Assembly: GCA_951406725.2 (NCBI GenBank)
Contig: OX597820.1
Coordinates: 114,948,001 to 115,012,000, forward strand
Length of the DNA stretch: 64,000 nucleotides
Source of the DNA: Octopus vulgaris
Lineage: Eukaryota
Reading direction: 5' to 3'
How positions within the stretch are numbered: position 1 is the stretch's first letter; the number at the start of each line of letters is the position of its first letter. Under the pieces are notes generated by a model. It ran no database searches. It saw only the letters and a program-made list of their open reading frames with translations, and had not been told where the DNA came from. A program made the position numbers and the translations under genes. Of this stretch, positions 1 through 12,038 are shown piece after piece.

Positions 1-907
1 CTTTCTTTCCCAAGTGCAGGTGAAAACTAGAACCTTTTGAAATCATAAGTGGTTGACCTTTTTGTTATGGTGGTTGAGGTATCACAAGTGTCTGCAGCAA
101 TTACATATCACAGTTTCCATAGTTTCTCGCTCGTGAGGGAACGCAGAAGATGCAGCATAGGCGGAAGCAGTCCTGATTCTCTAGCTGCCTGTGTAATCGT
201 GTCCCTCATCAAGGTGGTGTTGGTGTCTGAGAGGTGGAACATGCATTGGTTTATGGCTTTGTCCTTATGAGAGTTTGCAATCATACTCAGTTGTGAACTG
301 ACATCTCCCATAACCCACTTCTTGTCTCTCATTCTCCCTCATACTCTTGCAAGCTCTACCCACTTCCACTTCTGGTGCTTCTGCCCTCATCCACTTCTAC
401 TCACCTCATACCTTTAAGGTCCACACAGACACATCATCACCATTTTATCTCTTCCCTGTTTCACCCTGATCACCACCACCCTCTCTTTAAAATTGTGGGC
501 AGCCAAATAGCCCCAGCACAGCAAGAAACCTATTCTGCTCTGGACACTTCTTTCATACTTTAACTCCACATCAAGCAAAAAGCCTCTCTTAGGTTTGTAG
601 TCTTGTAAGCTACATAGTGATGGTCACTAAAACTGGTGACACAAAAGTACAAATGTTGAAAAGTGGCTGGCATCAGGAAAGGCATCCAGGTATAGAACAC
701 ATGCCAAAGTAGACAGCTGAGCACAATGCAGTCCTTGAAACCAATCGGATCCTATAAAACCATTCAACTCATACCAGCATGGAACATGAACGGTAAATGA
801 TGATGATGTGAGTCATGTGTTGTTTGTGAGTGTTTATGTCAGAACAGAAATACTATTTCCAACTCTTGTCTAGAATGAGTAAAGGAAAAGGTAAAAGAAT
901 CTCTTAC

Positions 908-1204
908 CTGGAAATGTACGAGTTACAGAAGAAAAACCAGGAATGTGTTGGATTGTTTTGCGTAATGTTGTAAACAAAGCAGTCTTTAAGGAGACACATT
1001 TTGACCAATATGTTGAATTAAAAACACTGCTGTAGAAATCAGTAAACACTTTCTCATAGTGATTGAATATAACTTCATTCTGAGCTAAACTACCGGCTAT
1101 TTGTGTGGCAAACAGGAGGGAGGCATTGCTTGTGTTCAGTTCAATAACTGAAGCTTTCAGGAAGTCATCAGCCCAGCATAACTTGACTGCTTCAATAGTG
1201 GTCA
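908..1204 (-). CDS. BRAT1: BRAT1-like (BRCA1-associated ATM activator 1), coding exon 2
   Basis: Minus strand acceptor ttttccag|TG and donor CCAG|gtaaga; 297 nt, phase 1/1, joins exon 1 in frame. Peptide LLFATQIAGSLAQNEVIFNHY...LRKTIQHIPG resembles recalled human BRAT1 [20 protein letters not shown]...LRSLAQHPSA. Confidence 0.8.
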
Positions 1205-2169
1205 CTGGAAAAATAAGAAAATAAACAAAAATATATAAAACATGTGTATATTCATCATCATCATCATCATTGTTTAACATCTGCTTTCCATGGTACCAGT
1301 CAGGTGGCTGTGGCATCGGCCACGACTACGATTTCACTTCACTCAACAGGACTTGTTTACAAAAATTATGCGATGTCAAGACAGGGTAACACACACACAC
1401 ACAGGATGGTCTTTGAATTTCTGTTTACCAAATCTATTCATAAGGCTTCAATCATCCTGGTGCTAATACCAAAGACACTTGCCCAAAGTACCACATGGTG
1501 GGACTGAACCCAAAACCATGTGGTTGGGAAGCAAGCTTCTCAACCATGCAATCACACCTGCACATATGTATGTTACTGATATCTGATTTAATAAACTTTG
1601 CAAAGAAGCGCTGTTTCTAACTCAAATTATGTTAAGTAATGAAGAAGTGAGCACAAGTAGAAGATTATGTGACAGGTGCTTTACTGAATTGCTTTTCACA
1701 TTCACCTGTCTTTCTGCTCCCTTTTTTCTGTCATAACTTGTTTCAGTCATTGGACTGTGGCCATGTTGGGGCCCTGCCTTCATGGGTTTAGTCAATCAAA
1801 CTGACCTCAGTTCTTATTAAATCTGGTACTTATTCTATCAGGTGCTTAATTTCTTCAATATTGTTCAGGACATAAGGTGTCGTCTGTCATTACGTTCTGA
1901 GTTCAAATTCCACTGAGGTCGACTTTGCCTTTCATCCTTTCAGGGTCGATAAATTAAGTAGCAGTTGTGTACTGGGCTCATTCTAATTGACTGGACCCTC
2001 CCCAAAAAATTTTGGACCATGTGCCAAGAGTAGAAAAGAATATTGCTCAGGACACTGACCTCCTGGAAACTGTCGTGCATCTACCATCAGTGCCACCATG
2101 TGGTACTTTGGGCAAGTGTCTTTGGTAATAGCACCAGGATGATCAAAGCCTTATGAATAGATTTGGTAA

Positions 2170-2640
2170 ACCATACTCTGAATGCCTTGCTTCCCTGGGC
2201 ATAGATACATCAAAGCTCTGACATCTGGCAACTGACTTGGTAAACCCCCACAAAATTATTAAATATTCTGCCAACAACCACCTTGAGTACCTTTTTGAGC
2301 TCCATGTGTCTAACACATGTGGGCATACCTACAAAGTCAGAAAACAGCACAGCTCCCAAGACTTTTGGAAACAATTTTTCACACTCAGTGTTGTCGAAGC
2401 ATGGAATAAGCCAAGACATTGCATCCTTTAAAACCCCCAAGCTTCCTGAAATTCGCCAACACTACACCTGATATCCTCCCCTCCATACACGTGCACACAT
2501 GTATATCATGACTCATACACTGTTCACTTCCCTGACATTTGTACATAATTCTATGTACTGTGCACGTACCTTTGATGAGTTGTAGTGCACCTGAGCACTA
2601 TACACAACAATTTCATTATCATTACTATTATTATATTATA
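2170..2640 (+). mobile_element. CR1-type LINE 3' fragment
   Basis: Degenerate RT C-terminus (HKIIK...FELHVSNTCGHTYKVRKQHS...FFTLSVVEAWNK) ending in an (ATT)n tail. Same family as 50760-51340 and 5019-5070. Confidence 0.75.
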
Positions 2641-3614
2641 AATTAAATATATAATATTTAATAAATGACACAAGCTACTTGAAAGATAACTGATAGATTC
2701 CTCATTAGATGAGTTACAAAGATACTTATGACAACACATATTAATAATCTTCCAGAAATAAATTCAAAAGCTAATAAGTAAAAAGGAAACTGGTCACAAA
2801 TCTAAACTTTTAAAAAAATATCTTAGGTTCAGGCATAACTATTTGGTTAAGAACTTCACTTTGTAACCTAGGGGTTTCAGGTTTAGTCCCACTAGATGCC
2901 ACCTTGAACCTCTTTACTATACCTCCAGGTCGACCAATGCTGCATGAGAGAATTTGGTAATTGGAGACTGTGAGGAAGCCTGATTGTGTGTGTATTCATG
3001 TTGTGTTTCTCCTTTCTCCCTACCACTTGACAAATGGTTTGGCAAAAAAGATAAAATAAGTACCATACTTAAGATTAATAATAAGGGTGATTTAAAGTAA
3101 AGGCTATTTGCCAACCTAATGTGGTTGTCCTGGATGGGATGATTATTACTGCTGTCTAGCCCCAGGAAACAAGACCAATAATTTTGGGAGAGGGGACAGA
3201 GATATTGTGTTATATAGCCATATGACACAATATCTGTGTCCTTATATTTTCAAACAGGGAAAGCAACATTTGGTTTATTGCTCTTTATCAGCACAGAGTA
3301 GCTGCTTGGCTAGGTGGCAATACAGATATTGTGTCGTATGGCCAGCTGGAAACAATGCTTCTCAGGGCCAAACAACAGTAACAACTGTGCCATACAGGAC
3401 AGCCACATTATGTTGGCAAATAGTCTTTACTTTAAAGTACTGTAACTGAATATCTCTCTTTGAGAGATTTAGAAATAATGATATTTCTAAGGGTGATTTG
3501 TTTGACTAAACCCCTTCAAGGTGGTGCCTCAGCATGGCTGCAGTCCAATGACTAAAACAAGTAAAAGATAAAAGTCTAGTATATTTGTACTGTTTATAAC
3601 AACTGAGAACTACC

Positions 3615-3825
3615 CTTATCGTAGTTCTAAGGGAGATTCAGCATGACACAGAATATGACAAGGTTGGTCCTTTGAAATACAGACGCAAGTCATTTTTGCC
3701 AGCTGAGTTGACTGGAATAACGTGTAATAAAGTCTTCTGCTTAAGGACACAACGCACTGCCCGGTATCGAACACACGATCGTGAGCCAAATACCCTAACC
3801 ACTTGGCCACACACCTTCACCACAG
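3615..3825 (-). mobile_element. tRNA-derived SINE
   Basis: Minus strand has an A box (TGGCCAAGTGG) and B box (GTTCGATACC) followed by a body with no tRNA 3' half. Confidence 0.6.
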
Positions 3826-4078
3826 CCAGTATACAACTTTAGGATCTTGGATCTTTTCCTTCTTTAGTTTCATAAGCGTTAAACAGACACTAGTGACATT
3901 TCCCGTTTGATCCGATATGTGTTTCTGACAGATAAGAGGCAAGTACGGATGTATGTGTTCTGCAGAGAGACTGAATTTAGGGAAAACTTGTTTTCATCAA
4001 ATACCAACTGAGAAACTAATGTATTATCACTCAGTTTGTTCGTTTAAAATGTAAGAAGTAAAACAAACAAAAAAACTT

Positions 4079-4257
4079 GGCGAACCTTCGGTATATGTAC
4101 CGGTGTAAGTACCGGATACATTTCAAAAAAGTGTGTTTTTTTTTTATATATATGGGGGGTTAGGGTTTGTGTTAGGGTTAGGGTTGGGAGAAAAGGGTTT
4201 CTGTTATCTTCAGAAATGTAAACAAAGTCACGTGTGTACATATACCGAAGCATCGCC
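4079..4257. mobile_element. MITE with about 22-bp TIRs and an 8-bp TSD (possibly Merlin-type)
   Basis: TIRs GGCGAacCTTCGGTATATGTAC and GTACATATACCGAAGcaTCGCC; aaaaactt at both 4071-4078 and 4258-4265; internal TTAGGG-like repeats. Confidence 0.7.
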
Positions 4258-4399
4258 AAAAACTTAAGTCAAGGAAAGTGGATCAATAAAATAAAGTACC
4301 ATAAAGTATGGTTGATGTGAATGGAATTCTAACCGAAAACCCTTTAAGGGTTCTCTCCTGTACACGGATAGAAAATAAAAAAAGACTCAAGATGCTCAC

Positions 4400-4535
4400 C
4401 AAATTCTGGGACAAAATCACATAATTTCTGTAAACTTGTATCGTCTGTAATTGGTTTTTCTCTTTTCAATAACTTTTGGAAGACACCTTTAAGACCCACA
4501 TTGAAAGTTTCGGCAAATTTCTCTGGGGTTTCCAT
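4400..4535 (-). CDS. BRAT1: BRAT1-like coding exon 1
   Basis: ATG at 4535, METPEKF...KPITDDTSLQKLCDFVPEF, donor G|gtgagc (phase 1). Resembles the recalled BRAT1 N-terminal motif QPVADDTCLEKLLDWF. Confidence 0.8.
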
Positions 4536-5315
4536 TCCTTCGTTTATCGCGCATAAAGCAAGTGCCCTGACTAGGTTTAACTAAAACATGAAGTCGTTGA
4601 TTATTTCGTTTCGCCTAATAAAAAAGTTTTAAATAATTATTTAAAATGTTTTCTTTTAATCTCACATTCATAAAAATTAGTGAATTTTCATATTTATTAC
4701 GCAAAACTTTTATTTTCAATTTCAGTAATAATGAATGTACATTAAGATTAATATATTTTAATAACATTATTTGACTTCATATTCATAGTTACAATGTTTT
4801 TGATAAGCTAAATTCACTCATAAATTTTGACTGTATTCTAAATTCAAAGTATAAAATATACTACAACTTTCTCCGAGTAGTGAAAAACCAACCAAATTTG
4901 GTACACATTGATCCAGCGGTTTGGCCGTGCATAGAGGAAACACACAAACAGTGAATTTTATAGTCTGGGTACATGGAGTAAATAAAATCATAACATAAAG
5001 AATTAAATATAAGAAATATGGTGCACCTGAGCACTGTATACAATAATTTCATTATTATTATTTTATTATACAAATAATAATTTCTTAAAGTATGTATTAG
5101 TCCCCCATGTACCCAGACTTTGTGGACACTCTGTAGATACCTTAAGTTTATTTCATTTAAAAAACCCAAAAAACTCTCAAACTATTTCGTTTCAGCCAAT
5201 TTTAGTTGTTGAAGTTTCCTTCTTCAGGTCTTAACTTCAGGGGAGATAACCGAATAGGTCACGTGGTCTTCCTTTCGTCGATCCGAAGAACTCCTTGGTT
5301 ACTTTTCCACCCAGA
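4536..5315. promoter_or_regulatory. Putative bidirectional promoter between BRAT1-like and UQCRC2
   Basis: Divergent ATGs 780 bp apart. E-box GTCACGTGG at 5258-5266 followed by the pyrimidine run tcttcctttc upstream of the UQCRC2 ATG. Confidence 0.6.
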
Positions 5316-5357
5316 ATGGCTTCGAGGGTTTATCGGAGTCTTATCCACCCCGCCAGG
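5316..5357 (+). CDS. UQCRC2: UQCRC2 exon 1 (MASRVYRSLIHPAR, mitochondrial presequence)
   Basis: ATG, Arg/Ser-rich peptide with no acidic residues, donor AGG|gtaagt phase 0. Confidence 0.8.
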
Positions 5358-8007
5358 GTAAGTCGTCATACTTTTTTAAAGTTAAACTGATGAAATTATA
5401 TCCATGAAAACCAATACAACGCCTTGTTGCCTCTTCTGCTCTTGATAGTCTTCTTTTTCCATCTGTACCGACCACCAAGGTCGTTTGTTTCAGACAGCAA
5501 TAACATTTAAGAATGTCTTTATTTTTTAAAGAATTTTCCATCATTCTCTGTCCTGCGCAGTTTAGTAATTATTATTTAGTTTCAACAATAAAAGAAAGGC
5601 GAATTAAATAATCGAAAATCCAAGCACTTCATATTCTTTGTCGGTCGTTCGTTATTGACAAGGACAGTCAGCCCATTCGACCCACCCGACTCACCTTTAA
5701 ACCTTGTCCACCTTCAGATCAATGACATATTCCTATCAGAGATGCTATTATAATTATTAATTATTGTTGTTAGTTTGTTGGTTTGAAACATTTTATTATG
5801 TTCTGTTCTTTTTGTCGACCCACACCTTTGTGAAGGGTATGAACGTCTCATAGTCCAAATTTTGAAGTCATCATGCTGAGAAAGAACAAATCGTTATTCA
5901 CCTAAAGCTGCTATGGAGATAGAATAAATGAAACGGTTGATGTTTACATCTTGACAATGAAACTAATCTCTTACTACACTTGCCAAAGTTGTGCCTTTCG
6001 GGCAAAACTACAGATTTCTGCCACCCCACCCCACCCCCGATTTTTGATGATCATAACTTTCAGAAAAATGGTTATTTTTGTAGTGAGACTTTCTACAAAT
6101 ATGTGTTATATCATGTAGATTCCGAATATACAAACTTTTGGCGGAGAACGTGTTTTAAGAGGGGGAGAATTTCGGAAAATTCACCGGAGTCCACTTCAAT
6201 TCGTCTTAACTTTCAAGAAAATGGATATTTTTAAATTAAATTCTCTACAAATATACCTCGGACTATGTAGATTCCGAGGACATAAGAATTTTGGGGGGAA
6301 ACAATTGGGGGTTATTTTTAAGAACTGTTCCCCACTCGGGGGTGTTTCAGAACAAAGCGTCCATATTTATTTTATTTTCTCAGTTTTGTGCGTTTGTGCA
6401 TCCGTAGATTTCTACCACTTGCGCGCGCGCGCGCATATGCAATTAAAAAAGTTCAAACGGGGAAATTATTCCATTTAATGTTTATTAGAGAGATTATGCA
6501 ACAAATTATACTTTACACTTCTAGAATTTAACTGTGCTTTTATATATTCCTTATTTTTGCTTCTGGTGTCTTCTGCCTTTCTATTAGAAACATTGGTTAA
6601 TGAAACGAAATCGAAAAAACAATTAATAATAGTGCAACGGGTGTAAAAAAAAGGCGTAGGAAACGAATATGAAAACAAAAATGCCTGGAAAGCAACGGGT
6701 TGGGAGAGTCCCTACCTACCATGACATCTGACTTCAGGGAAGAACACAACCCACAAAGCCTGTTCTGTGAGCAGACAGAATTGTTAGCATGCCAGGTGAA
6801 ATACTGATCAACATTTTGCTTGTCTTTACGGTCTCGGTTCAAATTCCACCAAGGTCAACTTTGCCTTTCATCTCTTTGAGGTCGATAAAATAAGTACCAG
6901 TTGAGCACTGGGGTCAATGTAATCTACTTACCCCCTTTCCCTGAAATTGCTGGCCTGCCAAAATTTGAAACTAATATTGCTAAAATATATAACACCACTC
7001 CCACATTTCATATATAGCCATCATCATCATCACCATCATTTAACATCCATTTTCTATGCTGGCATGTGTTGAGCAGATTGACAGGAACTGGCAAGGCCAG
7101 GGCCCATACCAGGTCCCATAGTCTGTTTTAGCTTGGTTTCTACAGCTGGATGCCACCCTTCCTAATGCCAACCACTTTACAGAGTTTACTGGGTGCTTTT
7201 TAGGTGGCACTTTGGTTTTAGGATATCAATTTTGTTGTGGTTAGTAATTTTCTTGAGTACAGCAATGTAACACTATAAAAATATTTTGTTTTTACTGTGT
7301 ATATCAGTGAGGGTGGAGTCATGATGTTAGGTAACTCCTCACTGAAAATTTCTAGAAGAAATAGTTTGTCTACAGTTTGGTGATTACTTGGATGTTATGG
7401 CATATCTCATAGAAGGATCACATGGATGGTTTCCGTTTCAACTAGTTATAGTTTACACGGGATATAATACTTGTGGTGAGGGTAAACTCAAAGCGGTTAG
7501 TGATATGGAATTGGGATTAAGGTAGAGTTATGATCATGCAGAAGGAGGTAAAGGGACAAGTGCAGCATATAGAACGGGAGCTTTTAAAAGTGCTGGGATG
7601 TTTATTACAAGGAGAAGGAAGCTTCTATAAAGGGGTCACAAAGTTTTTGTCTCTTTTGAAAGACATAAGGAGAGGATTGGTAAAGGTAAGAGTGGTTAGG
7701 GGCTCACAGAAAAAGAACAAAGTTGGAGAAAAATAGTTTAACCCATTTTGGCACTGTGTTTCTATTGAAATACTATGCTTCTGTTTCAATTAATTTTTTT
7801 AAGTAACAAAGAATTTAATTAATCATTAAACTGGTGTTTGGAGCATGAATTAGCATGAAATTTTGATGGGAGATTTTAACTATAATCAGTTTGTATCATA
7901 GAATTAAGGCAGCTTCAGATAGGTTTGTTTCAAAAGAGTTAATGAAGTGGCTGGGCAAATGGGTGAAAGGTGGTAGAAAAAGGAAGTATATCTACAGGTG
8001 TAGATAT

Positions 8008-9227
8008 ACTCGTCAGGCCAAGTGAAATCATAGTTTTGACCATTGCCAGTGCGATGTAAGTAGCACACGTGAATCATAGTCATGGCTGTTGCCAGTACCA
8101 TGGCAGAAACGTTAGCACGCCGGGCGAAATGCTTAGCAGTATTTCGTCTGTTGTTCCATTCTGAGTTCAAATTCCGCCAAGGTCAACTTTGCCTTTCATC
8201 CTTTCGGGGTCGATTAAATAAGTACCAGTTACGCACTGGGGTCGATATAATCGACTTAATCCGTTTGTCTGTCCTTGTTTGTCCTCTCTGTGTTTAGCCC
8301 CCTGTGGGTAGTAAAGAAATAGGTATCCATGAATTGTAGTCATGGTCACTGCTGGTGCCACATAAATGGTGTGTGTGTTTGGAGTGCGATTTCTGACATT
8401 GGCCTAGTATTGATGGAGTGTGCTGTGATTGAGTACAGGTAACTGAATATGAGGAAGAACTAGAACTCAGATTTGGAAAGAAAATTCAAGTTTTTATTGT
8501 TGGATTTGAAGTGTGTGTAGGCTGAGAAGACAAGAAGTTGAGGTAGGGGTCAGTAGAAATGTAAAGGTTATCAATGTTGATGTTCAGAAAGGTAACTCAA
8601 ATGCTGAAGATGATACTTTCAAAAGCAGGTGGAAAAGTGTTGATGATGGTGATAAGCCAAAGATCTGCACTGAGTGCCAGTCTGATTTGGCCTGGTTTCT
8701 ATGGCTGGATGCCCTTCCTAAAGCCAACCAGTCTATGAGTGTAATGGGTGATTTTACATGCCACCAGCATGGGTGCCATTTGCATGGCACCGGCAATGAT
8801 CCTGACTATGATTCATGGGTGCCATTTACATTGTATTGGCAGCAACCATGACTACAATCTGTGGGTACCATTTACGTGGCACTAGCAGTGACCATGACTA
8901 CGATTCATGGATGCCTATTTCTTTACTACCCACAAGGGGCTAAACACAGAGGACAAGCAAGGACAGACAAACGGATTAAGTCGATTATATCGACCCCAGT
9001 GCGTAACTGGTACTTATTTAATCGACCCCGAAAGGATGAAAGGCAAAGTCGACCTCTGCGTAATTTAAACTCAGAATGCAGCGGCAGACGAAATACTGCT
9101 AAGCATTTCGCCCGGCGTGCTAACGTTTCTGCCATGGTACTGGCAACAGCCATGACTATGATTCACGTGTGCTACTTACATCGCACTGGCAATGGCCAAA
9201 ACTATGATTTCACTTGGCCTGACGAGT
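8008..9227. repeat. About 360-bp inverted repeat (arms 8008-8370 and 8867-9227), each arm an RTE 3'UTR piece with an embedded SINE
   Basis: The arms are near-identical reverse complements, including the SINE-flank junctions. Confidence 0.9.
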
Positions 9228-9586
9228 TTTCTATGTACAGCATATTTTGTCATCATCTCCATGGTGAGGCCCAACATTTGAAGAAATCTAACCCATACAA
9301 GCACAGAAGTTAAAATGGTGAGGGTGACATAATTGTCTTACAGGAGTAAATATCAAAATTTTGCTATTCATTTCTTTAATATCATTAACATACACTCAGA
9401 TTCTTATAACCCTGTTAAACATCAAATAACCATATTCAGTCTCTGAATTAGATATGTCTTTTTGAACACAAAAGAGCACAATATTTATCTAATTATCTTC
9501 TTCTCCCCTCAAACCTTGACCATTATGCTATTGTTGTTTGACCAATAGTTACAAAATATATTTGAACTATTCTTTATATTCCACAG

Positions 9587-9661
9587 GGACGTCTTTTGGC
9601 CAGCCAAGCTGCAGCAGCACATGATGTGGACACCTCTAGCTCTCTTCAACCAGCTACAAAG
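9587..9661 (+). CDS. UQCRC2: UQCRC2 exon 2 (GRLLASQAAAAHDVDTSSSLQPATK)
   Basis: ttccacag| acceptor, AAG|gtaggt donor, 75 nt phase 0/0. Confidence 0.8.
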
Positions 9662-11006
9662 GTAGGTTGGCTTAGCTACGTATTTGATATTAAGGAATTA
9701 CGCGTATATGCGTGAAGGTAAATATTATTTTCTGTTAAATGTATATTTGAAATTAATAAAATCTGATTTTTATGTGGTTTGATATGGAGAATGAGTTTGT
9801 TTCCATAACATTTTGAGGTACTTCACTGTCAATTGATAGTTCAACAACTAGCGTACCATATATAGTGGTAGCTCTCTCGTTGTACTGTGAATCTGCTACC
9901 TCATTAACAATACATTACTAATACTCAAATTCATAAACGAGAGACTATCTGCTTTTGATGCTTAAAATTTCACATTACAATCTCTCATATCCTTTGCCTG
10001 AAAATCCATAACTTCAAGCTTATGGATCTTTGTCAGTGAACAGGTCACGGTCTTAAAGCGACGAAAATATTTTGACAAATTAAACTTAAATGTTGAAGTG
10101 AATGAAACGGCTTTTGTGTGTTTCTTAAATGGCTTACAAACACCTTCCACGCTGCAATTGTTTTCGTTCCAGCACACGATCTCAGATCAAATCACTTCCT
10201 ATGCAGGTACATCTCCGTTATTAATAAGTTTTTTGTAAATATACTTCTTTGTTGCTGTGAAATGGTTTCTGTGTTGAAGCTCACTTAAAATATTCCAGTG
10301 TGGTGAAAGACAACAAATTGGACTCATATAAATATTATGGCCAATTTTATCATTGTTACTTTGTTATAAGTAAACAAAATTTGTTACTGTAGTTTCATTT
10401 GCATAACATTGAATAAAATTGCATCCAAAGATTTGGTTTCCTTTTTAGAACCAGAAATTACTTTGATTCTGTTGTTGAACTTCTGTAAGGACAGTGATCT
10501 TGTGGCACACACTACCAATCTATATCACATCCAAAAACAAAACCTAAAATGATGATGATGATACGTGTGTGTGTGTGTGTGTGTGCATACCTATAATATA
10601 TATATACCCCACATTTTATTGTTTTATTTTATTTGTGATTGCTAAATGTTTGCTGTCTTTCAGTTGAGGATTTGCAACCAAATTTACTTCATGCCGAGCC
10701 TAGCTATATTTTCATGTAAAGAATTCATTTTAATTCGTATACAGTATGGTGTTATAGTTAATTCCTGTCACTTATTTATTGCCAACCATATACCCCTATC
10801 AGAAAAAGGACAAAATTCCATAAGTTGTGTTTACTGCTAGTGAAAGAATACAGGAGTATGTAAGATCGATAACATTAGAACTTGTGCATATTCTATGTAG
10901 TATTGAAACCTTGATTCTCCACTTTGAGAAAAATTAAATTTTTTTCATCTCCAGAATTTATTGATTTAAAGTTAACAAAGTTTGTTGTTACTGCTTAAAT
11001 TTTCAG

Positions 11007-11156
11007 GTTTCCAAGTTAGGAAATGGTATAACTGTGGCATCTTTGGAGAATTACTCTCCTATATCGCATGTGTCTATTGTGGTTAAAGCTGGCTCCAGGT
11101 ATGAATCAGGAGATAACTTAGGAATTAGTCACCTCTTGAGAAATATGGCTGGAATG
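11007..11156 (+). CDS. UQCRC2: UQCRC2 exon 3
   Basis: ttttcag|GTT...ATG|gtaagt; VSKLGNGITVASLENYSPISHVSIVVKAGSRYESGDNLGISHLLRNMAGM. Confidence 0.95.
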
Positions 11157-11363
11157 GTAAGTAACTTCCAAAAGACTTTTTATCCTATTTTCTACACTGT
11201 AGTCTATGGCGTTGTACTTGTTATACTGTGGTGTATTGTGTTGTGACATTTACAATGTATGGTGCTGTGATATATATGCACTGTGGTGTGTGGTGTCATG
11301 ATATCGGCACTGGTATAGACATTGTGGTGTTTGGTATTCTTTTGGGTGGATAGATGCGGGACT

Positions 11364-11698
11364 ATTCCAAAATCTCTCGTGGAAGCATCATCCAACCAAA
11401 GTACAAATATATGGGAAACTACCACCTGTATCATCTCTTGTGAAAGGTAGAAGAGTCCAGTTTGCTGGACATTGTTGTAGAGCTGAAAACGAGGTAATTT
11501 CTACTCTTCTACTCTGGAAGCCCTCTACTCGCAATGCCAGAGAGCGCATACTCTCCTACCCTGATGTAATCTCGAGGGATACAGGCATCCAGCAACAGGA
11601 CCTCCGTAATGCTATGATGGACCGTGAAGTCTGGCATAGCATTGTTAAATTCCATTGTCTTGACCACGGTCGAACAATGATGATGATGATGATTCCAA
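11364..11698 (+). mobile_element. 5'-truncated RTE-like LINE 3' end (second family)
   Basis: RRVQFAGHCCR...MMDREVW, (GAT)n tail, candidate TSD attccaa. A sister copy lies at 58747-58998. Confidence 0.75.
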
Positions 11699-11899
11699 TA
11701 TTGAGTCCTGATTGAATCTCATTAATCATCCTCTACCGCTTAGTTTCTTATTGATGTTTTCTCTCTTTGAGAATTGTCCTTACATTCCTGTTGTAGCCTC
11801 TTGCAGCTAGCTACACAATGAAGCAGTTGAGGAACATTGCTGTTCTTAGCTTGTTCCAAGCATATTCTTCACCATTTTCTTCTTTCTTCTCTTTGACAG

Positions 11900-11964
11900 G
11901 GAACAAAGGAGAGCACAGCATTTGGCTTGACTAGAACCGTGCAGCAATCTGGTGCCAATTACAC
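11900..11964 (+). CDS. UQCRC2: UQCRC2 exon 4
   Basis: ttgacag|GGA...AC|gtaagt; GTKESTAFGLTRTVQQSGANYT; 65 nt. Confidence 0.93.
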
Positions 11965-12038
11965 GTAAGTTTGGTCTTTGTCTTCACTTCTCTCCTAACA
12001 CATCTCTCATCCATAAAATTGTTTTATATATATATATA

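Noticed and set aside
108-332. 74-aa minus-strand ORF as a further BRAT1 exon
   Set aside because: No clear splice sites and no similarity I can recognise.
2660-2772. Possible extra BRAT1 exon (minus strand, after ttattag)
   Set aside because: Weak donor and no recognisable similarity; exons 1 and 2 already join in frame and align contiguously with recalled BRAT1.
5301-5315. Acceptor-like acttttccacccag just before the UQCRC2 ATG
   Set aside because: It could imply an upstream non-coding exon, but no matching donor is evident and promoter-like motifs lie just upstream; cDNA is needed.
11007-11156. Alternative identity as MPP-beta or UQCRC1
   Set aside because: It has HLLRN rather than HxxEH, and the TPYLDEL C-terminus and exon sizes fit UQCRC2.
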